Notes: generated by a model from the letters alone, not told the origin. A stretch of DNA of 63,440 bases, filler included, from Choristocarpus tenellus KU-1152 (GCA_964200185.2; 9 parts of 9 records of this genome joined end to end with filler, not necessarily neighbours in it), one strand, 5' to 3'. Shown: positions 36,327-50,015, numbered from the whole stretch's first letter. Translations and numbers: made by a program.

Positions 36327-37145
36327 ATAAGAGTCTCACCCTCTAGAATGCACAGAGCACCTTTGTCTCAAAGGTAACTGAATCGCATACGGGGTATGGC
36401 TTTAGGATGTTGCAGTACTATACACATTTCGATGTCATAGACAGAACGTACTTGTGCCATGTAAAATATCCACCTGTCCCCACCCCCTGGCAAATCTGAG
36501 TAACTGTCCCCATAACTTCATCTGTGCGAAGCTCCATTTGCATCTAAATGAGAAACATTCCAAACAACCGTTAGCTGCCATCGAGGTGGGCAGAGGTATG
36601 AAAAGACTGGGCTCGTATCAACTGCAGTGCAAGAACTACCTGTCACAACATGCGATTCCCCTTGTACAAGGGAGTTGTCCACGTGGAACTCATGAACATT
36701 CACATACTCGAGATGCGAAGGTGTGAGTTGGCAGGCATCAACAGTGCCACAGAAATGGTGTAACACGAGCAGCTTTCGAGCAAGCGCTAGACTTGGAGTA
36801 GATAGATTGCATGTGGCAAAGAGAGAGGCCTTGCTTCCAAGCCTTCACCAAGGGGAAAACTTGACCCTGGTTCACCGAGCTTATGTTCTCAGTTGCTCTT
36901 CAACTACTAGTAAAGCCTAAAGTGGTAGGCACCAATCACAAAGTCAAGAAAATCAAACATGGCAGCAAACCTACTGACAATAACAGCACTATGAAAAAGA
37001 CGCAATGTGCCCAAAAGAGAGTATTCCCGAGCGAGTTGTGGGGTATAACCACCTGCTGTTGATAAAAAAATATAATCAAGCCATGTGTCACTGGTCACAA
37101 GCAAGAAACCCCACTCCCAAACTTCGCCCAAGAGCTCCTCAATTC

Positions 37146-39397
37146 TTACCACCGTCGTTGCCTCCCCCCAACCTTAGCCCTTGCCCCACCATCGGCCTCC
37201 ACCCCCTCCTGCATGAGTTTTTTTGTACACTCTAGTAGTGTCTCCACCTCATGGGGTGTGCTCTTCCCGCAGCCCCGCCACCTCACTCTCCCCTCCCAAT
37301 CCACAAGAAACATGTAAAGTGTGAGACGGTTCACGATTCCGAGTTTCTCCCGGATCTGAGATTCTCGTTAGTTGATGAAGATTCACAATTGATAGGGGGC
37401 GGGAGGCATGGGTTAAGGTTGACGTAGGTTTGCAAGAGGACAGGTGTTCAAAACTCTTTTGTTTCCTGTCTCTGCAGCACCACAGTGGAAATTGTCACAC
37501 AAAAAACGTCGCGATAAGTGTTGAATCTGTGTGACCAGCTTCCCAGAGACTTCATGAAAGCTCTTTTAAAGGTGCATACAAGGTGGGGCACTTGCGAGAA
37601 TTGCAGCTAGTGGATTATGCACTAAAGGTGGGTGGGTTGCATTAACTCACCATGGATGATGTGGTTTAGCTGAGGTAGCCGGCGATAAAATGGAAAACAG
37701 AATTTCCTCACGGACAACAAGCAAGAAGTACTAAAACACACATCATAAATCAAAAAGACAATACTTTGCCTACCCACTACCCTCTCCCCTGCTACCTTCC
37801 ACTGTCATTACCTCACTGGTACCACCAAAGTGATGAAAGAAAGCTGCCTTCTGGCCTTCTGAGACTTGACCCTCCATGGACCGAACAACTAGGGGCTTGA
37901 TCAGCCGCAGTGCTGTAGACTCAATCAGCGACACATGCAGTGCCTCTGGCCCACGCATCCCTCTGTCACTTTGACCAACACCGAACCTTTCCCTCCCCCT
38001 TCCCCTGCCACCTTTCCTTTTACCTTCATCTCTGGCTGCAGAGGCCACTCCAGCTTCAGTGCTTCTGTTGGGAGGGCGAAACTCCTCTTCGAATGGTTCT
38101 GACCATGTTGGAAGCATTTCGTACCCAAACTGCCTGTGGTAAAGGCCAACCAGAGTTACTCCACCAATTAAGCGCGCTGGAAACTTGGCTTGCTCGCCCA
38201 TTAGGGAGCAAACATCCATTTCTGGGAAGTGCAATGCCTCGTCAGGTGAGCAGAGGTCAGCATCAGCCTCAAAAATTTTCCTGTGGATGGTTGTTGAAAG
38301 AAAAAAAATTCAAAGCTGGTGCGTAGAGTGCCTTGAACTATATGACCGAATAGGTATCCATTGATGTTGTACCACCCTCTGGCAATGTAGTGTGTAGGTG
38401 GTGTGGTCTCTATGGGGCTCATACACTCCCTCGCTTATGGCGGTGGACTGTTCACGATTTTTGTTGAGTCTCGGATCTAAACCCACCGAGTCATATGTCA
38501 ACGCGGAAGGGCCCAATGCTTTACTGAGGGGAAAAAAATGAACATCAGAGACGGAGCACAACACTACGTTGGACCGTCTCATAGATATGGACCTCATAGG
38601 ACGGCCAAGTAGAGACGTTGATGAAGGCGATGCAGAGGCAAATAGAAACATAGATGTTGCTGGGTCTGAGGACGCGTCTCTATTGCAAGGGAAAGTTTTG
38701 TGCAATTTTAGAGAGAATCATGAACTTATCACTGCCCGACAGTGAAACAGTAGTCGGGGAAACTGCAATCGGGGCTTCGGTTGGTCACATAACGATAGGT
38801 GCGCAGAGGTACATATCTTCCAGACCCGTAAAGCACTACAAATAAGAGAAAAATGTCTGTCAAGGGCCTGGGGAGTAACGAACAAACAGTGCGACATGGG
38901 AAGTATAACTTAATCGACTCTCTAACACAATACGTAAAAGTACCGTCACCGATTTCCTCAATCACACTTTCAACTCACACTTTCGACGTCGTAAAATCTC
39001 ACCCCGCGGTCTTGTTCACTGCTGTAAACTCGTGAAAGTGCCCGTATTCCACCTCTACCCTCTGTTTTCTTGGGCGACCCCATACCCCAAACTGTGGAGG
39101 AGTCTCGAGGTCTTCTTCCTTGCCTCCAGGTGTGCTCTTGCTAGGTACCTTCTCCGGGAAAATATTCGATTCCTTCGATCCTCCACTATCAACTTGGGAG
39201 TCTCCTGAAGGGGCACCTCCTGCATGTGAACCTATACCTCTTTCACGTGAACCTGCACCACTTGCAGGTGCGCCTACTGCACTACCTCCCGAAGCCCAAA
39301 GAATTGATGAGGTGGAGTATGGAGACACTCTACATGTTACAGCATTTGGCCTAATACGTGTGGCAGCCAGGCGGCCCCACCGATGTACAGCAGCCAT
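37146..39397 (-). CDS. ATP10: Mitochondrial F1Fo-ATPase assembly factor ATP10; exons 39397-39003, 38280-37812, 37355-37146 (357 aa)
   Basis: Arg/Ser/Ala-rich presequence-like start MAAVHRWGRLAATR; HEFTAVNKTAGKIFEA; WSEPF; C-terminal IREKLGIVNRLTLYMFLVDWEGRVRWRGCG typical of ATP10. GT-AG introns keep the frame. Confidence 0.9.
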
Positions 39398-41137
39398 CCG
39401 TGGTGTTGCACAACTACTACTAGGGTGGGACACAAGAATTTCACATGGTTCACTGTTTGTAGTATTATTGTGGAGTTGTTTTATGTAAACAATGGATACA
39501 TATACGATGCCGTAACATACGCATATGAATGTGTTTGTGTTGTTTCTCCAACAACTACTACTACAACTATCACAATGTAAGTAAACGAAAATCTCCAATG
39601 AAAATTGGATTTGGGCGATATTTTGAGATAAGATTTAGGGTCCATAGTATTTTGGTGTTGGTTGACTAGTCTTGTCGTATACAAAAATGAATCAGGAAAT
39701 TATTGTTGGAATACCCCTATTATAAAATTTGCAATTAATTGTGAAACAGGTGGAAACAGCCGACAGGTTCTTCGTAATAATGAAGGGGAGCGGAAAGACC
39801 CACAACAAGAGGAGGAGGACAGATCAAAGAGAGACAAGGTCAAAGAGGGAGAGCAATCCCTCAGAAGTCAACTCAGGAAAAGAGTCAACAAGCAGGAAGA
39901 AGGGGGATTTGAAGGGCACTCTAAATCACCCAATCAATCTTACTTCAAGCAGATGTTACCTTCAACAACATACAAAAACAACAAAAGTAACATGAATATC
40001 ATGATGTTCAAGATAGGTTACCTTCAGGGTATATATACCTTCTGTGGAATATGGCTCTCACACAATTTCAAATTTCAAAATTTACTTGACCTCAAATCTC
40101 AAAAACGTGATTTTTTACTTCTAAACCACCATATTTCTCAGTTGTCGCAAGTCGTAAAAACTTATAAGTGGGCTAGTCACGCGGGCGTCGTGGACGTTGT
40201 CTTGGGAAATATTTGCAATTATCGACAGTGCGTCACTCCGAAAAGTAAACTGAAATCCTTCAACCACCAGAGCAGAGAACACACCGACCAAAATCCTCAC
40301 TCAACATTAGTCCGTATATCCATCGCCATGTTACGATGCTCTTGTGTAGCAGACATAAGCTTTCTGCTGTGGGACGTACTATGGAGGGAGGGAGAGGACA
40401 GCGAAGTTGAAGAATAAGGAAGAGGATTCCCAGAACAAGAGGACGAAGGGGAGCGAAGAAGGGGAGAGTAAAAAGGACGGTGTCTAAGAAGATGAGACAG
40501 AGAAGAACAAATGAGGGGAGATAATGGCAAGAGTCGAAAGTGCTCCGCCGAAAGGGACAAATGATAAGGAGACTGGATTGAGGTGTAACCAATGCCTGAA
40601 AGGTGGGGGGCCGTCTCTGTTGCTGATGTTCGTCACCTTGGGCCCCATTGACAACGAGTGCATTAAGAATTCAACCTGGAGATGTCAGACGATCCGCATG
40701 GAAAGGGGTGTAAGGTGCAAGGAGTGCTGTGGAGAGACCAGTGAAGGGTGTCCATGTGGTGAGGGTGGCACAGCACTATGTGACAGCGAGGCCATGCCAC
40801 GGTTGGGTTCTCCTGGTGGACGCCTGAGCCGGAAAATCTTGAAGATGGCAGAAAGGAAGTCGAAGAAGCTCCAAAAATTGTGACTCCTGAAGGTAAGGAC
40901 CAAGTTTTTCCAGAGAGATTCTTGAAAACCCCTGGAGGAGACAACCAAGATTTTGAAGCCTTAGTGCAGATTTCTAAATGGAAAGGGGAGAGGTACGTCA
41001 TTGAAAAGGTCAAGAACAGACTCGAGCTTTAAAGGATGGTAGTAAATTAAGTGGGAATTGAAAGCTACGACGGGGAGCCCCTTAACCTCCTCAAGAAGAA
41101 GTAGTACGGAAACCATCCTTCTAGCAACAACAGCATT

Positions 41138-41260
41138 GGGGTAGAGCCGCGTTCGTTTGTGTTCCAAAATCCAATGTTGCAATTTCGATGTAATTTTGGC
41201 TATCGTGTTTGTTAGGAAGTGTCAATATCCTTGTTCGGGACATACCTTTTCATAACATGC
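41138..41260. mobile_element. MITE internal fragment
   Basis: GGGTAGAGCCGCG...CAAAATCCAATGTTGC...GGAAGTGTCAATATCCTTG matches the MITE family. Confidence 0.85.
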
Positions 41261-41327
41261 ACCACTAACACTCAACTTTACTATAGATGGTCAGGTTTAC
41301 ACTAGTTAAGTGGGGGCTGGTCCTTCC

Positions 41328-44300
41328 TCACGAAAAAGTACATTCCTCAGGCATAATATCCCACATCCTCGTCCACTTTGATCTCTCCATATTCCGTGCT
41401 ACACCTACCAGTCCAGTTCCTCCCACAAGATGGATCATCCCCTCAGACTTGATCATTGGTGGTGAAGCTTCTTCCTCTGCCACCAGGGTATTGCTCTCTC
41501 CCAACCAACTAGTTTGAGCTATCCCGTTGGCACTCTCCTTCAAGTTATCTCTATTCTCAATTAAACCCCCTTGCACAGTTGCCACAGGTATATCTCCTGG
41601 TTCACAAGCTGTGCCTTTGTCAGGCATCCCTTTCAAGTTATCTCTATTCTCAATTAAACCCCTTGCACGGTTGCCACAGGTATTTCTCCTGGTTCACAAG
41701 CTGTGCCTTTGTCAGGCATCCCCTTCAAGTTATCTACAACCGTCCCAGCAGGAACTGAGTATTCTGGTGGAAGAGTAGATTCCTTCTTGCTCTCAGTTCT
41801 CCATTCGGAAGATATCAATCCTGGTGTGAGGGTTGTGCCTTTGTCAGGAACGCCCCTTAAGATATCTTCCGCCATCCCAACAGAAGCTGCATGTTCTTGC
41901 GGAAGGATTGATTCCTTCTTACACCCATCTCTCACCCCACAACATATCAATGATGATTCAAGAGTTAGACCTTCGCCATGCACCTTCTTCAAGCTATGTA
42001 CTGTCATCCCTGGAGAAACTGCAAGCTCAGGGTAAAGAATGAACTCCTTGTTCCCACATCTCTCTCTGCATGCATCCTGAAAACCAGCCCCCACCCAATT
42101 TCTTGGTATGTAGGGTCGATTTTTTATGACTTTCCATCTTTCAGAACTACCCATCCCCTTATCCAATACAGCTTCTGCAACATTGTGGCTTGCAGTCCCC
42201 TCCGATGCAACTCGACTGAGGCTTGGCAACACCCTCAGAATTGTTTCGGGTACATCAGCAGATGCCATCTTCCTGAGCAAATTCACCCTTTTCTTCCTGT
42301 CTTTCCCAGCATTTACCACAGCATCTATATGACCATCACACTCCCCCATCCCAGTCCCTGCCTCATCTTGTCGTGTTTTCTGGGTAACTTCCATCCTACA
42401 AAACACTTCTTGATACGGGCCCACATTCTTCTGTTCACCATACAATCTGGTCTTTCCAACTATTTCCTCAGAAATCCTGTCCTTGCTCCACCTCCTGCTC
42501 CTTATAGACCACCTAGACTTGCCCAAACCCGATTGACTGGAGGACTTCTCCATGCTAGAACCCCTTCTCCCTCTTCCATCCTTGAGGTCCCTCCTCCTCC
42601 TCCTCCTGCTCGTGCTCCTGCTCCTACACCTCTCACGTCTCATGCCTCTCCATCGATCTTTCTTGTGGTCTGGTCTCTCAGTAGGAACACTTCTCCCATT
42701 CAGAGAAAATCCCTCGACTTTGACCCGGCAACCGGATCGGTGAAATGTGCCTTCCTCTTCCCTCTCTTTGAATGGCTTTGCTCTCCTCCACCCCTCCGGC
42801 ATTTCCAAATTCAGGTCTTGTCTGCTCTTCCCACCCCGGCTTAATGACATAGAGCTATAACGACGAGCACTGGGTTCCAACCTGCTGGAATGCCTGCCAC
42901 CTGGCACCACCCGTGATGGACGCCTCACCCCCGCCATTTCCCTGCATCCCCTACGTGGAGACGGATCATGGCGACTTGGCCGAGATTTCCAGTCCTCATC
43001 TTCATCCCATTCCATGCCAACCTTTCTGCGGACAACTCTGTTGTGTTCTTCCTCCTCAACAGCCCACTTGTGAACCATTAACTTCTTGTGATGGTTGATT
43101 TGCGATCTCGTACAGTTCTTGGGATATGATTTCAGTGGCTCAAGTTCCTCAGATGAGGCGGATCTTTCCAATCTATCATTTTCGCCTCGTCCGATGTTAC
43201 GAAAGCTCATAGAAAGACTAGTTTCATCCAGAGTCAACCATTTGTCCACAGACTTGAAGTAGTACTTGATCCCTGGTAAGTGCCCACTGTCAATCCACAG
43301 GATCACCTGATCAAAGGTAAGAGTGCCAATATGCACATGAATAATTGGTTGGTTCTTGGTCTCCAAGTCACTTTTCTTGAGAGCAATACTTGTAGCAAAG
43401 AGAGCATTTAGGGAACCTACGAACTATCCACCCATTGCCCACCTTATCTCTGTTGACGAGGGACATGTGCCCAAACACCTCCAAAAACACTTCCTCAAAG
43501 TCAGGAAGAGGAAGCGGCTTCCTCCGAGCCCTCAGAAGGATCTCGAGCTCTCTAAGAAAGATTTTCTGGCATTTCCTTTCCCTGGGTGACATGGAGACTA
43601 AATTCGACCTCTCCACCTTCTCGGGGTGAATGCACCTCCCATTCCGCTTAAGTGGTCCATTTACGTATGCATCTCTCTCAAACATGTCTGTCTCCTGCAG
43701 GAGCATTAGTGGTAACAGTAGGTATGGTCGGATAGGAACCTTGGGATTGGTGTGGCGTCTGAGTTTACCTTGAATATTTCACGGAAATATGGGAAGGTAT
43801 CCTAGCATGTTAGACGATTACTTCATGCGATCCTGTCGGGAGAGTGACGATGGACGTAGGTGGAATCTACTACGTAGTAGTAATTCAATGCATTATGCCA
43901 GATTCGCAAGTAAAGAGGTAAAGGGCAAATCGAGAGTGCTATTGCAAGGGCGCATGGGAAAGACTGATGCAGGAATCGGTGGTATCTGTTTGATATAACC
44001 GTGCCGGGAATGCGAGCGGCTCACCTTGTCACTACCCCGCAGTTTCCAATCCCTGGTGATCCTTGATTTGCAATCAGCATACTCGTACATCCTTTCTTGG
44101 TGGTCAATCTTCTGCGAAGGTTTTCGAGGGTGGGGGCCTTTGATCTTGGTAAGAGGATTCGCTTCATATCGAGGGTCCTTCGATCCGCAGTCCTTTGGGA
44201 ACCATGGAATTATTTCCACGAAATGTGAGTCGTAAACATCATGTTTCAAAGGGGACCCAGGAGAAGCAGTTGTTGCTGGCTCCTTCACCTCTACTAGGGA

Positions 44301-44615
44301 CTCTCCCCGAGTGACTCCGCTCTCCGAATCATTCTTGCAGTTCAATCTCTTGACCTTCAACCTCTCCAGCATATCGAGAAATCCGTTGATAAATTTGTCT
44401 CTGTCTTCGTCAGTCGAAGGGCTCCCTACACCAGGCATTGCACAATTGCGAAAAGGACCTGGTGGGGGGTCCAATTCTCCACAAATTTCTCCTTCGAAAT
44501 CGACTTTTTCATCCCGCGAGACGTCTTCTTGGCCCACCTCGATTTCGTAGTCTGGCAGTGTATGGATGTTAGGCATTGACATGATGTCAACAGGACTGTG
44601 TTGAACTTGATCCAT
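41328..44615 (-). pseudogene. Long intronless interrupted ORF (240 + 112 + 570 + 102 aa pieces), probably TE- or virus-derived
   Basis: Collinear same-strand ORFs without splice structure, an RS-rich tract and repeated LKGMPDKGT units. No domain recognised with confidence. Confidence 0.5.
41538..41733. repeat. Tandem duplication (~93-nt unit)
   Basis: TTCAAGTTATCTCTATTCTCAATTAAACCCC...GTCAGGCATCCC occurs twice, with a diverged third unit near 41820-41860. Confidence 0.85.
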
Positions 44616-45061
44616 AATCGCAATGCTCCCTAGGGGTAGGCCCGTTGCTACTCCAACTAACTTCTCTCCACCACGGCATTAGTATCTTCATGGACCATGA
44701 AGCAAACGAGGATAGGCTTCAAGTGAGGGTCACTACTTTGTTGATGTATGCAATCATGGAATGGTAAAGGTGTGTATTCAAAATTTCATGGGAAAATGCT
44801 GATCCTATCCTTTAAGAACTCCTCCTACTATCCATAATTTTGACACCCTATTCAAAGGAAAGACTAACCTCTATCCTCCACCCAAAAGACAGAAGGTGTC
44901 ATTATCACACTTGATACACGAATAGTTTCTGCCTCTGCTGATATTATTTTTTGGCCACCACTCGTCTTGAGCATTGGGAGTTTGGTTCGCCGAAGTGGAC
45001 AGAAGCAGGAATCGGTTCTTGGCAAGGTCGAAGACCAATAGTTGAAGATTTTTTAAGAAAT

Positions 45062-47147
45062 ATGGGGAAGAAAGGAGGCAGCGGGACGAATAGTAAGGTA
45101 GCGGCTGCGAGAGAACACCAGGTGGGCTGATGGATGAGCAGGTTGGATGGTACTCAGGGGCAAGAGACATATGCTTACCTTCTGTCGTTTATGAGCAAAG
45201 CTGGATTTCTGGACCTGATGCTTCAATGATGTTACGTAATGTGATTCCTCATGCTTTTGTGGACTTGGTGGAGAACAAGACAAAGAGAGGAAAAAGCACG
45301 TACACTTTGCATCCCTAGGCGAGCATTGTCATATCTGCCGTCTTATGTACCGATTGGCACTCAATTTAACCTAGGAAAGTCTGGCGGTGGTGAGAGCTGG
45401 GAAGGCGGCGATTGCTCGAGAGGCTGAAGAGACCAAAGAGTGGAAAAAGGGCTCGAACACGAGAGGTTCGGCACGAGAGGAGGAGGCCAACGAGAAACAG
45501 GCAGAAAAACTCGCCAAGGCTGCGCAAAAGAAGGCTCTACAAGAGGCGGAGGAGAGCGAACTGAAGGGACTCAAAACCGTCGTGGTGCGTGTCAACCTAC
45601 TTCCTATTCGATTTGCGGCTCGCATGAATATGAGGCCATAATGCCCGGTTTGTTTGGTGTGTCCCCTGTCTGTAAACTTCACACCAGGATAGTGTTGTGT
45701 GTGTAAAAGTGCCTGAAAAGTCTGGAAGGTATACCATCCACTGCTGAGGTTACAACTTCGCCGTACCGAGAGACATGCATACACCAACTCAACCTCCAGC
45801 TAATGTTCCCTCTCTTTGACCTAGTGTTCATTGTTGTGCAAATGCGGGTGATCACAGTTGCGCCTGTTTATAGTAGATACTCCCTGTTTATTGTTGTTGG
45901 TCTGGTGCAGAAGAAAAAGCCGAAGAGTAAGGAGATCCCTCCATGGGAGGCTGCGCTCGCGTCGAGTGCTGGGGGGAGTAAGAAAGACCAGAAGAGAGCG
46001 GAGGCAGCCAAGAGGCAGGCAGCGGCGGAGGAGGCAAGAAAGGTGTGTTTCGTCTTTCATATCCTACTTTGTTACACCATACCATCAAACATCTTTCAAA
46101 GTTTGTGTCATCATGAAGAACCTGTTGTGGCTCACACCCAAGTAAGCTAGAACAGTGACGCATTCGTGCTGAACTGCTTTGGAATATTTCGTCATCTATG
46201 CAGTGCTACAATTTGTAGCGATAGGAGTTCTCATCTGCAAGGTTAAAGAGTATTCATCAGACTGAGAAAACGAACCATGATCGACCACTAAAGGTAGGTA
46301 GAAGGCAATTAATGAGTGTTTGTTGAATCACAAGAGTTTGATTTGCTTCAGTCTGATTAATCAGAAAACCAAGTAACTAAACTGAAAGAGTTTAATTGTT
46401 CTGTTATTTCATCGCAGTACAAGCAGAAGTGCATATACTGAACGTGTCAGAGGTCACATAGTCATGTACTCATCACCAGGTGCCACTACTCACAACTAAC
46501 GACGCATTTCACTGTTCATGCCTTTGGATCTTCCTGCTGAGACCTGTGGAGGCTTTGGATGTTTTGCCCAATGTCACCTGTGTATTGACAGTTCGTTCGG
46601 ATCAATAGAAAAAATCTCCAGCCGATTTTTTTGCAGTTGTCAACTCTTGTATTATGTCGTCAATGTTATCACATGCTGAACAGAACACTGGTTTGCCCTT
46701 GTTATTGAAAATCTGTTTACACATGGCAGGAAGTTTATTTAGTGCAAGGGATTCATTCTCGCAAGAATTAGGGCCTTGCCAGTCTTACCCTCTCACAGGC
46801 TCCCCACTAGCACACAGAAACTTCACTATTGCAGTGAGCTTGACACCTTAGATGATTAATAGCATTATGGAAAAAAATGTGGTTCTCATCCTGCTAAATC
46901 AAGTCTCCATTCACGCCTCCAGGTGAGGGCCGAGAAGGCTGAAGCAGAGGCCAAGGTCCTGAGGGATGCAGGCATCACCATGGTGGACAGTGAGATGCCG
47001 ATGGAGTCCAACCCTAACAGGAGAGCAGAAGAGGGTGACGACTTTGCATGGGCAAGTGGCATTGATGCTGCTCTGGATGTGCTGAGCATGGGAGATGAAG
47101 TTGGGGGTGCTGGGGGGGATCGGCACCCAGAGAAGAGGTTGAAGGCG
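45062..47147 (+). CDS. CCDC124: CCDC124/Lso2/Oxs1-family ribosome hibernation factor; exons 45062-45121, 45375-45584, 45911-46042, 46923-47147 (3' exon missing)
   Basis: MGKKGGSGTNSKVAAARE start, EEtKEWKKG, charged coiled coil, NPNR, ASGIDAALDVL and DRHPEKRLKA signature. All introns are GT-AG, phase 0. Confidence 0.92.
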
Positions 47148-48186
47148 GTGAGTGATTTATGTTGCATATGAAGATTTTGTGGCAAAGTCTGATGCAACAG
47201 TTGAGTGGTTGTTAGCAACACCAGCCACTGCCCAGCATGAGTGTCGGTAGTGTGAGGGTGAATGTGTTTTGTTCATGTGTTAAATATACATCAATTTATT
47301 TTGATGCACACTTAATTACTCGCGTATCCAAATAACCTAGGGTTCCTCACCTTGTTGTCTTCTTCAAGTTGGCAAAATTACACTGCACAATGGTGCTTGG
47401 CATCAAAGTTCTGGCGGTAGTACAGTTTGCTTGTGTATACATTGCACAAAGGGTGATCTTTAAGTCAAGCCGTGTACCAGTGCTCACACATCTTGGTTGC
47501 TTTGTCCTGGAAACTAATGCTACTAGGCATACATGGCCTTTGAGGAGAAGGAGCTGGTGGAGTTGCGTGTCGAAAAGCCAATGCTGAAACTCCGTCAATA
47601 CAAACAGATCATATTTGAAAAGGTTGGTGAACCACATTGGGAACTGGAGAGGGGCTTGGGGTTGAGTTGTTTGGTTTGGTAAGGGGTGAGGAAAGGGTGG
47701 GTAGTGAGGGAAGTGTTGAAGGGGTAGTACCATTGGCAGCTCGGATGTCACTTGTAGATTTTACTGTCTATTGGTTGGGATATCTGTGCGTCTATCATGG
47801 TCGCAACTTCACAACAACGGTTGAAGTGCTGCTCTCCGATCAATGGATGTACTCTGTGAATGCCACAGTTTGAATGTATTATTAGTTTGTTTATAGTATG
47901 TTACATTGCCCTGTGGCTAGGGCACAATAGAGGTGTTCCTACATTCACTTTGCTCCCCTTCACACACCCCATGTGTCAGCCTTCTTACCCCCTAGTTCAG
48001 TCTATCGCAGCCCAGATACATTTTTTCCCTTTGTCATGTGTTGTACCAAAGTATCGGTGGTTAGTCACCTTTATCAACTTTATCATCCTCTCCTCCATCC
48101 CATATTTTTAGTAGCTCTACTGTGTGCATGTCCCACCCCTCAACTCTTACCTATGGCGCCCCATTCATCGCCCCGGCCCCGCCGCC

Positions 48187-48286
48187 NNNNNNNNNNNNNN
48201 NNNNNNNNNNNNNNNNNNNNNNNNNNNNNNTTAATTAATTAANNNNNNNNNNNNNNNNNNNNNNNNNNNNNNNNNNNNNNNNNNNN
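48187..48286. other. Artificial contig linker
   Basis: N44-TTAATTAATTAA-N44. Confidence 0.98.
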
Positions 48287-48351
48287 AAATCGGAACATTG
48301 GATTTTGTCCCCCAAATGGACGCGGCTCTACCCTCTAAGATACTCTGACTC
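48287..48351. mobile_element. MITE end at contig start
   Basis: ...GGCTCTACCCTCTAAGATACTCTGACTC terminus. Confidence 0.88.
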
Positions 48352-48483
48352 TCTCTTCAAGACACCAGTTCCACAAATAATATGGGAATCCTCTTCATTC
48401 AGAGTTGTCAAACATGAAAGATTCACTTCGTTCTCGTCTTGACCATTCAGATGATCCTTTCTCACTAGATCCTCAGTCTGCTA

Positions 48484-48620
48484 GTCCAACCTTACCCTCG
48501 TCCTCTCGGTTACGGTCCGTCTTGGTCCGTCTGTTCCGTCTTGCCTGGTGATTCTCTCCACTACCCTTCCCTGAGTGAACCACGATACCACAGAATCACA
48601 CGATTCATATTGGCGACAGC
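48484..48620. repeat. Dispersed repeat family X, copy 1
   Basis: GTCCAACCTTA.CCTCGT...TACGGT.CGT...GGTGATTCTCT...CCTGAGTGAACCACG, shared with 53513, 57064 and 61282. Confidence 0.8.
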
Positions 48621-49659
48621 AGTGAGCTCAGAGATAGGTGACGGGTAAATCTTTGTTTGACCACTGACCAAACATGCCGAATGCAAGTTCAAGAAGAAAA
48701 CGTCGTAAACAAGAGCGCCTGTCTCAACATCTGGAGGAATCAAGAGCACCAGAGGAACAGGTTCATGAGCACGAGTCAGTAGAGGACATGGAATCCTCAA
48801 CAAATCAGGATTCCGATTCGTCTAGTGCCTCATCCATTTTGTCTAATAACACAACAAACGTCGATCGTAGACGAGGTTCCTCCCCACCTTCCCCTATAGA
48901 TCATCGTGGTTGTACAGAAACCGTGTCGTCGACCTTTGAGCATCGTGTCAGCTCGGGCGACTGTGATACTCATCGGATCCTTTTTCAGGATGATCCTGTC
49001 TCTCCTCCAAGTTCCACTACTTGTGATGTGGCCATTTTGCAGGCTCAGTTCGGAGATGCTGTTCCGGGGTTCATTGCGCACCACATGAACGAATGCAAGA
49101 GAGCAAACAAGATGCCGCCCAAATGGCTTCAGGGTCTATTGAAGCTTCAAGTTCGAGGAAATTGCGTCGATCAAGTAAGACCTGTTCAACAGAGTAGCGA
49201 TGTCTCCCACCCACAACCGACGTTTAGATATTCCATTTGTGGAATCCTAACTTGTATGGTGATTACAGGTTTGTTTGGAGAAAAATATTTCACACTTTTT
49301 TTTGTGCAAATTGTATGTTGAAAGGTCATCAGTACGATCAAACATCTATTTTTAAATGTTGATGGTCGTTGCATGGATATTTTCCGAAACTTCTTCGAGG
49401 TCTAGTGAAACATTATATTTTCAAACCCGGAACCGCACCGTGCAATGGCGTTTCCCTCAAGATGTGACCAGATTCCAGTTATGACCTCGCAACCGTGTTC
49501 CAATACCCCCTTGAACGTCGTGGAAATGTCCAGAAGTTTTTTTTCGTTGATACAGTCACCCCCTCCCATGCTATTTCCTCGTTCGGACTTCGTCCCACCC
49601 CAACGAGAGAACCAATATCTCCAGAGAGAAGTGAAGCGATTCCCCAACTTGGTTCCCAC

Positions 49660-50015
49660 ATAATACTGCTTGAGAATAGTGACATGGATGCCTTCGGTGC
49701 AGTCCTTAATTGGCAAGAGCAACGCCTGTCCAAATTGATCGTGAAATATCTACCAGTTCCACGACTGTGTTTCCTGCAGTGGATCCGTAGCAATTGCGCA
49801 AGGAGCAGGAATCCAAGTTCGGATCATATTTCAGGTAATTGCCTCAATACAGACCGCTTCATCAGGTCCATCTGAACGCTCTTTCTCCTGTGTTGGCAAT
49901 ACAATCACCGCCAAGTGCAAGCAGGAATCCGAGTTCGGACCATACTTCAGATATTTGCCTCCATCCATCTGAACGCTCTTTCTCCTGTGTTGGCAATACA
50001 GTCACCGCCAAGTGC
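49660..50015 (+). mobile_element. Internally deleted fragment of the same Gypsy family, with a local tandem duplication
   Basis: ILLENSDMDAFGAVLNWQEQRLS (cf. ~29880-29945) is fused directly to the RH-IN linker sequence (cf. ~27400-27520). 49805-49900 is repeated at 49921-50015. Confidence 0.8.

Noticed and set aside
39662-40417. 251-aa ORF upstream of ATP10
   Set aside because: No recognisable domain or splice structure; cannot be supported as a gene.
41978-42844. 288-aa plus-strand ORF
   Set aside because: Antisense shadow of the 570-aa minus-strand ORF in compositionally biased sequence.
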